Positions 28,035 through 37,567 of a DNA stretch of 64,000 bases are shown here, one piece after another. The position numbers and the translations under genes are program-made. The stretch's first letter is position 1, and each line of letters begins with the position of its first letter. Location: contig CBDDHX010000005.1 in assembly GCA_965228585.1 (NCBI GenBank), forward strand, positions 334,965-398,964, written 5' to 3'. The DNA is from Caldilineaceae bacterium. GTDB lineage: Bacteria > Chloroflexota > Anaerolineae > Caldilineales > Caldilineaceae. The notes beneath the pieces are model-generated. The model was not told the DNA's origin. It saw only the letters and a program-made list of their open reading frames with translations, and did no database searches.

Positions 28035-28100
28035 TTTCCCCACTGTGCCATTTCCCACTGTGCCATTTCCCACTGTGCCATTCCCCACTGTGCCATTTCC
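28035..28100. repeat. 15 bp tandem repeat x4.5 (tttcccactgtgcca) in the 5' leader of the SBP gene
   Basis: Read directly. It gives the artefactual MAQWG/MAQWE N-terminus in the ORF track. Confidence 0.85.
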
Positions 28101-28408
28101 TTACTAGTGCTCTGGAAAGCCGGATTTTGCCATTTTGTTTGCAGGATTGGAAACCCGCTGCTGAGAGTGAGAAGCCGCCGCAGCGGCTAGAGCCAACATG
28201 CAGTGGCTGAGGCCACCGCTCCTTGTTAGAAGCCGAATTCATTCGTGCTTCTAACAAAATGTCAAGATTCTCGCTAGTGATGCACTAGGCCACTCCATTT
28301 CATTGCTGCATAGCTATCACAGTCAATAATAGAGAATTCCAGCCCAAAACCTAGACCGATTTAAGGGTCCGCAGTGATTGCACCGGCGGCATGTCAAACC
28401 GCGTGCCC

Positions 28409-29383
28409 CTATTCCACCCGATAGATAGTCGTGTGAGGAGGCGCAAACCCCTTGGGCCATTGCGTTTTGCTATTCACTTTTGCCCCAGCCAACTCAACGG
28501 TTGTAATCGCTTCTTCCTCTTTGAGCAAGAGCACCGCTTCACGCAAGTCACTAGTTTCCAACGCCGCGCCTTTCAGGGAGGCCCCCAGCAAGTTTGCCCC
28601 AATTAGATTTGCATCGGTTAAGTTTGCCCCCTCCAGCAGCGAATCTCTCAGATCAGCCTGACTCAGATCAGCGTTGGCAAGGAGCGCACCACGGAGTTGA
28701 TTGCCTTGGAACAATGCGCCAGAAAGTTGAACGCGCTGCAGGCGGGCGCCCCGTAAATTCACCCCCTCCAGATTCGCGCCCATTAATATGGTTCCAGTCA
28801 AATTGGCCCCACGTAAATTGGCACCAGGTTCACGGTCGCTGGGGGCAGAGAGATTGGCCCCCTGCACAAAGGCCCAGCTTAAGTCGGCACCGCGCAGATC
28901 AGCCCCGCTCAGGGTGATGCCACGCAGATCGGCACCGCGCAGATTGCACCCAATCAGCTTCGCTTTGACCAAGACGGCTGCCCGCAATCGCACATTACGC
29001 AGATCCACGGCCGCCAACGAGGCACCACTCAAATTGGCCCCGCTTAGATCCGCGTTATCGAGTTGGGAGCTAGCCAGATTGGCACCTGAGAGATTCGCTC
29101 CCACAAGCTGGGCATCGCGCAAATCTGCCCTGGCTAGATTGGCACCACTCAGATCGGCGCCGCTCAGATCCGCACCGCGGAGATTGGCACCAATGAATCG
29201 GGCCTGAATGAGCGAAGCATTGCGCAGATTGGCTCCCTGAAAGTCTGCACCAGAGAGATCGCGCTTAAAGAGGGAAACTCCCAAACAGCTTGGAGGACAC
29301 CCCCTGGGCAACCTGGCACCGCATGCGGACAAGAGTTGTAAGAGAGCAAGACAGACGACCCAAAATTTGAAATTTGCACTCAT
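28409..29383 (-). CDS. Pentapeptide-repeat lipoprotein
   Basis: Signal/lipobox MSANFKFWVVCLALLQLLSAC, then about 50 A(D/N)LxG-type pentapeptides (ADLSGANLSGA...). Confidence 0.85.
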   Translation of the reverse strand: MSANFKFWVVCLALLQLLSACGARLPRGCPPSCLGVSLFKRDLSGADFQGANLRNASLIQARFIGANLRGADLSGADLSGANLARADLRDAQLVGANLSGANLASSQLDNADLSGANLSGASLAAVDLRNVRLRAAVLVKAKLIGCNLRGADLRGITLSGADLRGADLSWAFVQGANLSAPSDREPGANLRGANLTGTILMGANLEGVNLRGARLQRVQLSGALFQGNQLRGALLANADLSQADLRDSLLEGANLTDANLIGANLLGASLKGAALETSDLREAVLLLKEEEAITTVELAGAKVNSKTQWPKGFAPPHTTIYRVE

Positions 29384-29396
29384 GCGAAATATGATG

Positions 29397-31616
29397 CTAC
29401 TGCCCCTCCTGAATCGAACTGATGATCACGGATAACTCCTCTGCCCACTCATATTGCGTCAGGAATGGATCCGGTTTAACCGGCTCTTCTGACGCCACAA
29501 TTGTCTCAATGAGACCATCCTCGCGGATTGTGCCAACGCGGGCCGTCTTGTATAGGTGGCGAGTTTCACCATCGAGCTTGACCAGCCCACCGGGAGCCAT
29601 CAACTCAATTTCGCGCGAAGCTGCTACCGCCAATAGCGCATCGGTTTCAGTTGAACCAGCCAATTCTACCAACTGTTTCCAAAGATAGACGGCGAAATAG
29701 CCAGCCTCAATTGGATCGGATGTCACTCGATCATCCCCATAGGTATTTTTATAGGCTGTTACGAAGGCAAAATTGTCCGTCGATTCGACTGTCTGGTAGT
29801 AGTTCCAGGTTGTTAGATGACCCAACAAAACGTCGGCCCCAATGAGCCTCACTTCTTCTTCGGCCACGCTCACACTCATAACCGGTAACCGATCCGATGT
29901 GAATCCTTCCTCCGCCAGTTGTTGAAAGAAGGCAGCACTGCTATCGCCGCCAAGCGTGCTAAAGATTGCATCCGGGGGGGAGGAGCTGAGCTGCATCAAA
30001 ATGTTGCTGAAATCGGTTTCACCCAGCGGCATCAGGACGTCACCCGTTACTGTCGCACCACTATCTGCCAGAAAGGCTTTTAAGATCGCATGGGTAATCT
30101 GTGGTAAAACAAAGTCGGAACCAATGAGAAAGATACGTTCATGGCCCTCATTGACCAGAAATTGAGCTGCTGGGATAATCTGTTGCGTTGGTTCTGCCCC
30201 CAAATAGAAGATGTTGGACGATTCTTCAAATCCTTCATACTGCACGGGATAAAAGAGCAAGCTGTTTAGCTCCTCTACCACTGGCAAGATCGCTTTGCGA
30301 CTGTCGCTCGTCCAGCTGCCAAAGATGGCAACGACTTCGTCATCAACAATGAGTTTGCGCGCTTTTTGGGCAAATACCTCTGGATCGCTGGAGCCATCTT
30401 CGATTGTGACCAGCAGCGGTCGCTCTAGCACACCACCGGCTTCGTTGATCTCATCAATGGCGAGCAGTGTGGCGTCACGTACCGCACTTTCACTGTTAGC
30501 CATTGGGCCGCTCAACGAATGCAGAATGCCAATCTTGATGGCGTTACTAATGTCAATTTCGTCTTCCTCTTCTGTGGTTGACGTGACCACCATCTCTTCG
30601 CTAACATCCCGATTGGGCCAGACCGTCTGGCCATTGAAGGTCGCACCTTCCAGTTTGGCATCGGCTAACATCAAGCTGAGCTGCAACTCATTTAATTCTT
30701 CAAGAGTACGATCCGAAACGAGATCAGCATCGGTCAGTTCGGAGAGCAACAGTCTGGAGCCAAGCAGGTTGGCACCATTGAGATTTGACCCACTGAGATC
30801 GGCTGCGATCAAGGTAGAGCCGACGAGACGACTGCCACTGAGGTTGGCAGAGGCCAAATCGGCACCGATCAAGCTAACGCCCAACAGCTCTGCGTTCGAG
30901 AGATCCGCACCGGCCAACATCGTGAGATTGAGCCATGCGCCACTGAGATTGCTCCCACTCAAATTTGTTCCGCTCAGATCCGCTCTGCTCAGGTTGGCGC
31001 CAGCTATATTGGCGTTGCTCAGTTTGGCACCATTTAATTTCGCGTCGACTAGATCTGCCGCCACCAGCTCAACACTGCGCAGGTCGGCACTTTCCAGCTC
31101 TACACCCATCATGTTGACGCCAAGCAGCGTCGTCTCCCTTAGATCAAGGCCGGTGAGATCCGCGCCATCCAGATCGGCACCATTTAAATTTGCCCCCGCG
31201 AGGTCGGCACCTGCAAAATTGGCTCGTTTTAAGTTTGCGCCCACAAACTTTGCATTGCGCAAATTTGTTCCCTCAAAATTGGCCGCGAGCAAGTTGGCTC
31301 CGCTAAAGTCGGCATTCATCAGATTGGCACCGGTAAACTTGGCATTTGCCATGTTTGCGTCGACGAACATCGCGTCTTGCAAACGCATGCCGCTCAGGTT
31401 GCGAGAAACCAGAATGTCGCCGACACAATTGGGGACACATCCCACCGAACTAATGATCCAGTGGCGCAAGCCAAAAGCCGTGCTGCCAAAGAGCAGCACG
31501 ATGATAATCAGACGACTTATAACTTGATTCTTAAAGTGATCCCATTTATCGATCAAAAGAAAGGCCAAGGCAAAAACAATCGCAAGAACGATAAGTAGGA
31601 GTAGGATCTGAAGCAT
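29397..31616 (-). CDS. Fusion protein: N-terminal TM segments, pentapeptide-repeat domain, and a type-1 periplasmic binding domain (UrtA/AmiC/Liv-like)
   Basis: [24 protein letters not shown], about 280 aa of pentapeptide repeats, then [42 protein letters not shown]...[18 protein letters not shown], typical of urea/amide/branched-chain amino-acid binding proteins. Confidence 0.75.
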   Translation of the reverse strand: MLQILLLLIVLAIVFALAFLLIDKWDHFKNQVISRLIIIVLLFGSTAFGLRHWIISSVGCVPNCVGDILVSRNLSGMRLQDAMFVDANMANAKFTGANLMNADFSGANLLAANFEGTNLRNAKFVGANLKRANFAGADLAGANLNGADLDGADLTGLDLRETTLLGVNMMGVELESADLRSVELVAADLVDAKLNGAKLSNANIAGANLSRADLSGTNLSGSNLSGAWLNLTMLAGADLSNAELLGVSLIGADLASANLSGSRLVGSTLIAADLSGSNLNGANLLGSRLLLSELTDADLVSDRTLEELNELQLSLMLADAKLEGATFNGQTVWPNRDVSEEMVVTSTTEEEDEIDISNAIKIGILHSLSGPMANSESAVRDATLLAIDEINEAGGVLERPLLVTIEDGSSDPEVFAQKARKLIVDDEVVAIFGSWTSDSRKAILPVVEELNSLLFYPVQYEGFEESSNIFYLGAEPTQQIIPAAQFLVNEGHERIFLIGSDFVLPQITHAILKAFLADSGATVTGDVLMPLGETDFSNILMQLSSSPPDAIFSTLGGDSSAAFFQQLAEEGFTSDRLPVMSVSVAEEEVRLIGADVLLGHLTTWNYYQTVESTDNFAFVTAYKNTYGDDRVTSDPIEAGYFAVYLWKQLVELAGSTETDALLAVAASREIELMAPGGLVKLDGETRHLYKTARVGTIREDGLIETIVASEEPVKPDPFLTQYEWAEELSVIISSIQEGQ

Positions 31617-31749
31617 GAGATGAATGGTAGTCGGTAGGTCGTTGGGCCGAAGCAGAATGGCACTGATCCGCTGCGAGGGCCAAGTCGCATCAGCCTGACT
31701 TCATGGCCCAGTCGCTAGCTTCTTTGTGAACAGCGATTGCTGCTCCGGA

Positions 31750-32670
31750 CTAATGCGCGCTTGCCGCGGCAGGTGTTGTCGATGGCCTGTTTGCATCCGT
31801 TCCGTTTGGGCTCCCATTTGATCGTTCAGCATTGCCAGACGCAGCGCTCGGTTCCTCCTGGTTCGCCGATGGGGAGCGGTCGGCGGTTTCATCGTTAAAA
31901 AGGACGGCGCGCAGCGCATGTTTGAGCACGTCGGGCTGTTCGGCGGCTATACGTTGAATGGTCTCCATGATCTGCTGTTGCTGTTGACGCGGCGAAGAGG
32001 CAAGATGTTCAGAGATTGTCACTTGGCACTTGCCTGCTTCCATCAACATGCCAAATAGATGCTTGCCCAATTCTCGGTTTGCTTGGCTCAATGGGTTTTG
32101 CATATAGCTGTGGTAGGCCCGAAAGAGTTCAACTTCGCGTTGCAGTGCCACGGCCTGAAAACTGGCCCGGCTATAGAGAGCGACAATCTCGCTGAGCCCT
32201 TGCACCAGTTCGGCATCTGCAACGGATTGATTCGCAATGTGCTCCTCAAGCAGCCAATCCAGCTCGAAGCCCATATCGTGACAGAAATCGGCCAAATGCT
32301 CCGTTAGGGCCAAAATTTGCTCATCCGTTAGAGATGCCAGCCACATCTGAATTTCAGGATCTTTGACAAATGCCGTGGCGCTCCAATGGCGAAAGAGGGT
32401 TGCCACATCGTTTGGTGCTCGATTTCCACTGCCCGTGAGGCGAACCCCCAGCTCACCAATGCCACTGCGCAACCCTTGCACGCGGCTTTGCAGCCCGATT
32501 GCGAATTGATTTGCAACGCTGCCCGCGCCAGCGGCTGGCATTTCACTCGCCGCGCCAGTCTCTGTTGCAGCTGTGTCTTCACTCTCTAGCGATGAAAGCC
32601 AGCTCCGCTTTAGCAGTATTCCTATTCCAATCATGAGGCCAATGATCATGGCCCACGCTAGAAAATGCAT
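31750..32670 (-). CDS. Membrane-anchored hypothetical protein (paralog of 24928..25653)
   Basis: The start at MHFLAWAMIIGLMIG (32670) is preceded by AGGAGA. It has the shared ELDWLL block and a Gln/Ser/Pro-rich C-terminal tail. Confidence 0.6.
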   Translation of the reverse strand: MHFLAWAMIIGLMIGIGILLKRSWLSSLESEDTAATETGAASEMPAAGAGSVANQFAIGLQSRVQGLRSGIGELGVRLTGSGNRAPNDVATLFRHWSATAFVKDPEIQMWLASLTDEQILALTEHLADFCHDMGFELDWLLEEHIANQSVADAELVQGLSEIVALYSRASFQAVALQREVELFRAYHSYMQNPLSQANRELGKHLFGMLMEAGKCQVTISEHLASSPRQQQQQIMETIQRIAAEQPDVLKHALRAVLFNDETADRSPSANQEEPSAASGNAERSNGSPNGTDANRPSTTPAAASAH

Positions 32671-32736
32671 GTTGGTCTCCTGTGATGGTGCTTGATGATC
32701 GATGAGCAGCCGCACGTCGAGCCACGGATCGACAAC

Positions 32737-33894
32737 CTATCGCTCATTGCCAACTGGCGCTAAGGAACTCGCTCGCGTCACCGTGGGCCCGGGCACGGTA
32801 GCGGTGATGGGGGCAGTGATGGGGGCGGTAATGGGGGCGCTCATACCTAGATCGGATGCCAAATCTTGCAAGGGCAAGATCAAGGGTGCATTGTTTGGCA
32901 CGAGCATGGCTCGAATGTTGGGCGAAAGTTTGTTGATATATTCATAGGTAAGCAGGTCGGGATTTTCTGCCAGGGCTTCGGCTATCAATTTAAAGCCTTC
33001 GGCCTGAGCCTCCGCCTCCAACAGGATACTGCGTGCGCGCCCTTCTGCCTCCAGGATCAGCCGTTCTTTGCGACCCTCGGCTTCGGTCATGAGCCGATCC
33101 CGTTCGCCTTTGGCCCGATTGCGAACTTGATCAGCCTCGTGTTCCGTCCGCTCTTTGCCCTCTTGGGCCATCTGCTTTTCCTCAATCGAGTTGGCATATT
33201 GGTCGGTAAAGGTAATGTCGCGCACCAGAAATTGATCGACGATCAGCCCTTTGCTGGCAAATTCTTCGGTCAGGAGCCGGTTGAGCGTCGTTTCCAAATC
33301 TTTGCGGGCACTGCTATTTACCTCTCGAACCGTAAATTGAGAGACTTGGGTACGCACAACACCACGGATGACGGGTCGTACGAAATCTTCAACATAGCGC
33401 TCCTGCCAGTCGACGTGGACCGTAACTGCCTGAAAGAGGTCGATACGAAAAATCATCGAAGTGCTCAACCTCACTTCCTGCCCATCGCTCGTGCGGGCAC
33501 GGATCGAGTCATCGCCACTGGTTCCCACACTTTCGTCCAGCTTACTCGACATCGTGTAGGTCTGCCAATAAGTTGGGTAGCGCACTTCCGATTCCAAAAT
33601 GGGGACAATGAGATGTAGCCCCGGACCCACCGGCTGCGGACGGATACCGCCAGGAGACAAGATCGATACAATGACCCCGACGTAGGTCGGCGGCACAAAG
33701 ATGATCGCGCTGCTGACCAGGCTGAGGCTAATGACCAGCAGGAGCGGCAATAGCACTCGTGCCGAAAGCAACTGCAGAACAGCCAACACTAGACCGCGGC
33801 GTATCAGCGTACGCACGAAGTACACGATGGTGATAACAAGGAAAAACGCCCACGCAAGGAACGAAATTCCCTGAAGAATCTGATCAAGCAGCAT
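32737..33894 (-). CDS. SPFH/Band-7 (prohibitin/HflC-like) domain membrane protein
   Basis: Two N-terminal TM segments, an SPFH core (GLHLIVPILESEVRYPT...VRTQVSQFTVREV) and a coiled-coil EAEGRxxxxLEAEAQAEG region. A 12 bp in-frame repeat (APIT x3) lies at 32801..32839. Confidence 0.8.
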   Translation of the reverse strand: MLLDQILQGISFLAWAFFLVITIVYFVRTLIRRGLVLAVLQLLSARVLLPLLLVISLSLVSSAIIFVPPTYVGVIVSILSPGGIRPQPVGPGLHLIVPILESEVRYPTYWQTYTMSSKLDESVGTSGDDSIRARTSDGQEVRLSTSMIFRIDLFQAVTVHVDWQERYVEDFVRPVIRGVVRTQVSQFTVREVNSSARKDLETTLNRLLTEEFASKGLIVDQFLVRDITFTDQYANSIEEKQMAQEGKERTEHEADQVRNRAKGERDRLMTEAEGRKERLILEAEGRARSILLEAEAQAEGFKLIAEALAENPDLLTYEYINKLSPNIRAMLVPNNAPLILPLQDLASDLGMSAPITAPITAPITATVPGPTVTRASSLAPVGNER

Positions 33895-34170
33895 TACACA
33901 TTATCTTCCAGCAAGTGGCATTCATGTGATTCAATCGTGTTTGGATGTACGCAGCCGGTTGAGAACAAACTCCCCCGATTGGCACCTACCGTACACTCGG
34001 TTGCGATGCCCGCATCTGGGCGAGCGATTGTGGTGGAGACAAAGAATGTGTGGACAGACAGTTTGGCGTTGACCGCCATCAATAATTCGTTCTCGGTGCG
34101 CAAGTTGAGAGTACTGCAAAGAAGAGTACCGCATGAACGTGGGACGAACATGGGACGGCGCAACCGAGCG

Positions 34171-34270
34171 CGTTGCACAGGTCTCAACAGCCCAACGCCG
34201 TCCCACGCCGCAAGGTGCAAGCTCTACAAGGTGCAAGCTCTATAAGGTGCAAGCTCTATTTGCTTTCTCC
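34171..34270. repeat. Family D dispersed element including a 16 bp x3 tandem repeat (caaggtgcaagctcta)
   Basis: ttgcacaggtctcaacagcccaac ... caaggtgcaagctcta x3 (34211..34258) ... tttgctttctc. Related pieces lie at 40781..40812 and 60318..60372. Confidence 0.75.
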
Positions 34271-34327
34271 ATGAGTTGCCCCCCGGTTGCCTTCTCGGCG
34301 CGTGGTAGAGCGATAATTTTTCAGCAA

Positions 34328-35317
34328 TCACGCTCGTGTAGGGATGGTAGGTGCAAGCGAGACGTTGGTGGCCGCTACCATTTCTATGTCTGAATCAACC
34401 GTGCTGTTTGGTCTGAGCTGGCGCTGATTGAGCCGGCGCGCAAAGACCATGCCCCCAATCACGAGCAGGCCACTAATGAGTAGGGGGGCAGGATTCAGCA
34501 TTGGTACTCCGGCAATCATGCCGCCCGGCAAGGCGGCACCTGCCTGCACCAGAAAGAGTGTTTCCGGCAATGAGCCGACCACTGTGCCAGCCAAGAAAAG
34601 ACGCCAATCCAACGCCAACAGTCCCGCGCCATAGCTGACCAAGTCAAAGGGAAGAAAAAGAAGGTGCATCGTCATCGTGGTAACAAAGGGCTGTGCTTGC
34701 ATTTGTTCCGTGTACGGCCGCAACATCTTCAGGTGGCGCGGGACCGTCGACTCGTTGTTCGCGCTTCCCACTTTCCCAAAACGGTCGCCTCGCCGATAGG
34801 ATTCGCGTCGAGCTATCGATGCTTTGTGCAATCTACGCAATCGGCGGCCAATCCCATAGGCGAGCAGTGAAGATGCGCTGCTGCCAATCATTGCCATCAG
34901 CGTGCCTGAAACTGTTCCAAAAATCGTACCACCGGCAATCGTCAGCAGCGACGCGGGAAAGAAGACGAGCGGTGCCACGGCAAAAGTAACCAGATAAAGT
35001 CCAGGACCATAGGGGCTGTTGCGCAAGAAGGTGATCAACCGATCTGTAAGCAGCAATGGCGTCATCCCAGTGGCGCTTGCCCACCACAGGAACCCGCCAG
35101 CTGCCATCATGCCCGCTCCAATGGCTACCTCTGTCGGCACGCCATGACCCAAGAATCCCTTGACCATTGGTGGATCGGAGTCGGGCGCTAATTTATCAAC
35201 CAGACGTTGCCTGTCTCTATATCTTCGATGCAGACGCTGCCGCTTGGCGCGCCGCTGAGAGATTCGGGTGCCTAAATACGTGGCACCACCGCCAATAAGT
35301 ATGCCAGCTACGACCAT
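34328..35317 (-). CDS. TVP38/TMEM64 (DedA-related) family membrane protein
   Basis: Multi-TM protein with VTFAVAPLVFFPASLLTIAGGTIFG and LLAYGIGRRL motifs typical of the family. Confidence 0.7.
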   Translation of the reverse strand: MVVAGILIGGGATYLGTRISQRRAKRQRLHRRYRDRQRLVDKLAPDSDPPMVKGFLGHGVPTEVAIGAGMMAAGGFLWWASATGMTPLLLTDRLITFLRNSPYGPGLYLVTFAVAPLVFFPASLLTIAGGTIFGTVSGTLMAMIGSSASSLLAYGIGRRLRRLHKASIARRESYRRGDRFGKVGSANNESTVPRHLKMLRPYTEQMQAQPFVTTMTMHLLFLPFDLVSYGAGLLALDWRLFLAGTVVGSLPETLFLVQAGAALPGGMIAGVPMLNPAPLLISGLLVIGGMVFARRLNQRQLRPNSTVDSDIEMVAATNVSLAPTIPTRA

Positions 35318-35373
35318 CTGTCTACTGCTCCATTCGTTTTCGCAAAGCTGTTACTGGGAAAGTCCGGCGGCTT

Positions 35374-37335
35374 CTATGCGCTCGTTGATTGGCAACTGTC
35401 CAGCGCACTCACCCGCTGGACAATCGGTTGCAATCCCGCCAACAGTGGTTCGAGCTGCCAGCTGTTTTTGCGCCACTTTTCCGCGGATGGTTCGGACAGT
35501 GTCATGCTGGAGGCTGGCAGCGAGTGGGAAACGTGCTGCTCGACATGGTCATCCCATTGCAGTTCAGCGAACCGCGCGATCCGATGAATGGTTTGTCTGG
35601 GCGAACGCACCAGATCATTGTAGCGCACGAGTCTCCAGTCCGCAGTGGGCAACGCTGCTAGATCGGCCAAAATCGTTGCATTTGCCTGCTGCCATTGGTA
35701 GGCCGCGATCTCGGCAATGGGCCGATCAATCAGTGACCGCCAGCCCGGCACCAACAGAAAATTCCACTCGCGATGGGGCCAGCCGGGCATGGCAGGATAG
35801 GGAACAAACCGTTGCGCGCGCCAGCCTTCCATCATGCTGCTAATGTTTGCGCCGGGCTCGCGATAGAGAAAAAGGAAGCGGGCCTCTGGAAAGACACTCT
35901 TTAAGAACGGAATCCGTAGCGCATTTTTGGGTGTTTTCTCCAACATCCGCACCCTATCAGGTCGCTGTTGAGCCGATAGCTCCAAATAGAGCTGACCACT
36001 TCGATCTTGCAACTGTTGCACAAATCGGCGCTGCAAATCCGTGGCAAGGTGGAGCGGAGCATCCACCGCGGTTAGTCGGTTCGATTGATAGCCATGGGCC
36101 GCTGGATGCAGTGATGGGATCGCTTCAATCAGTTCGTGGCTCTCTTCACCAATGGTCCATAATGCCGGAAACAGAGCCAGCGTTTCAAAGAGAAGCGTGC
36201 TGCCAGCCCGTGGTGCCGAGACAATGAAAAGCGGTTTCTCGAATTGTGGACAAGCCAGATCTACGCTGCTGGGCCTGTTGTTGGCAGCCTCTAGCTTGCG
36301 CTGTCGTTTATTAAGCCGTCGTTTATCAAGCTGTCGTTTGTGCAGAAAGAGACGTAAATTCATGGGCTCGGGCGTTCTCTTCGGAGCGGTCTGCAACATG
36401 GAGCGAATGACTTCAATGGCCGCTTTACCCTTGCTTGCCCTGCAAAGCCAGCGACTGGCTTTGGCGGCAACTTGTGGCACAAAGAAATAGAGAATCAGGT
36501 CTAAATAGGCGAGTTCGCCAGCCGTGTGGTGGCCAAACCGACCAAAGCACGCTGTCCATCTGTCGCGGAAGGTTGCCACAGCCTTGGTGAACGCATGGCG
36601 CGCGTGGGCGGGCATTTCGCTCTTGCCAACAGCCGCGAGGATCTCTGCGGTCAATTCCTGAATTTCTCTGGGCGTCAAGACCTCAAACGCATGGGGCTCA
36701 ATGAGGAGCTCACCCGCGTGCTCCCGTTGCAGATTATCGTCGGTGGTGCCCGGCTGTGCCTCTGCTGAAGCCAATTTGGTTTCCACAGCCAAGTAGATAC
36801 AGTCGTGGTCGCTTGCGTTGATTATTGCATGGGATTGTGCTGAGCCAACCAGCCAAGCCGTGCCAGCGGGCAGATGGATCTCCTGCCCCTTGTCAATAAA
36901 TTTGACGTCAGGGTTGGTCACAATCGGTATGTAGATGGTTTGGCGACGAAACGCATGATACGAGGCATCGGCAAGGTCAGGCGTTTCTCTTCTGCCTGCC
37001 AAACGGAGCAAGCAACAGCGCGAGAGCGGACGTGCAAATGTATGTAGCAGCTGCAGCAGAGATGGCGACTGCTGCAGCTGCGGTGTCGGCTGCATGGGGC
37101 CAGCAATGGCATAGTCCCGATTGGGCGTGCCGCCGACTGAAATCAAGGGCAGCACGTAAACATTTGCTGGTTCGCCTGGGTAAGCAATCCATTGCTGTCG
37201 ATTCAGTCGGGCCACCTCACGCTGCAAACACTCGCTATCGGAACGCTTGGCTAGTTTGTACAGATCGATGTTCTGGTTTACCACGTCTGCTCCTTCAAAT
37301 CGAATAATACCCGCTACCACGTCAGATTGGTTCAT
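35374..37335 (-). CDS. Two-domain protein: N-terminal cupin (aspartyl/asparaginyl beta-hydroxylase-like, weak) fused to a C-terminal PAPS-type sulfotransferase
   Basis: The C-terminal half has the 5'-PSB loop LFIVSAPRAGSTLLFETL and LEKTPKNALRIPFLKSVFPEARFLFLYREPGANISS. The N-terminal half reads TIYIPIVTNPDVKFIDKGQEIHLPAGTAWLVGSAQSHAIINASDHDCIYLAVE, resembling Asp_Arg_Hydrox. The start at MNQSDV (37335) is preferred because the track extension crosses a family B repeat. Confidence 0.65.
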   Translation of the reverse strand: MNQSDVVAGIIRFEGADVVNQNIDLYKLAKRSDSECLQREVARLNRQQWIAYPGEPANVYVLPLISVGGTPNRDYAIAGPMQPTPQLQQSPSLLQLLHTFARPLSRCCLLRLAGRRETPDLADASYHAFRRQTIYIPIVTNPDVKFIDKGQEIHLPAGTAWLVGSAQSHAIINASDHDCIYLAVETKLASAEAQPGTTDDNLQREHAGELLIEPHAFEVLTPREIQELTAEILAAVGKSEMPAHARHAFTKAVATFRDRWTACFGRFGHHTAGELAYLDLILYFFVPQVAAKASRWLCRASKGKAAIEVIRSMLQTAPKRTPEPMNLRLFLHKRQLDKRRLNKRQRKLEAANNRPSSVDLACPQFEKPLFIVSAPRAGSTLLFETLALFPALWTIGEESHELIEAIPSLHPAAHGYQSNRLTAVDAPLHLATDLQRRFVQQLQDRSGQLYLELSAQQRPDRVRMLEKTPKNALRIPFLKSVFPEARFLFLYREPGANISSMMEGWRAQRFVPYPAMPGWPHREWNFLLVPGWRSLIDRPIAEIAAYQWQQANATILADLAALPTADWRLVRYNDLVRSPRQTIHRIARFAELQWDDHVEQHVSHSLPASSMTLSEPSAEKWRKNSWQLEPLLAGLQPIVQRVSALDSCQSTSA

Positions 37336-37424
37336 GGATGTTCCGTGGGGAACGTCGCCTTGTCTTCGACCGTAAGCACCGGCCTGTGGATGCCCCGGTT
37401 GCGATGGCAATGTAGTCGGTCTCT

Positions 37425-37497
37425 GCCCTGAAATTCTCTGCGCCGATATCGGTGCCTGGAGGTAGTCCAGGCACCACAACCGACTTGCAGAAAGGGC
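37425..37497. repeat. Family B palindromic element (cctgaaattctctgcg ... cacaaccga.tt.cag.a)
   Basis: ccctgaaattctctgcgccgatatcggtgcctggaggtagtccaggcaccacaaccgacttgcagaaagg. Other copies are listed below. Confidence 0.8.
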
Positions 37498-37567
37498 TCT
37501 CATTGCACGCAATGCTTACGCCACACTGTACAAGTCGAGAGCAGCTGTTGCACTGCGCCGTTGCCCG

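Noticed and set aside
28025-28096. N-terminal MAQWGMAQWEMAQWEMAQWG extension of the SBP, and the MNAAVSNAAVSNAAVSN extension of the kinase (18029..18100).
   Set aside because: Both are translations of 15 bp tandem repeats upstream of a conventional ATG followed by a normal signal or N-terminus. The kinase extension starts at a TTG. I treat them as 5' leader repeats.
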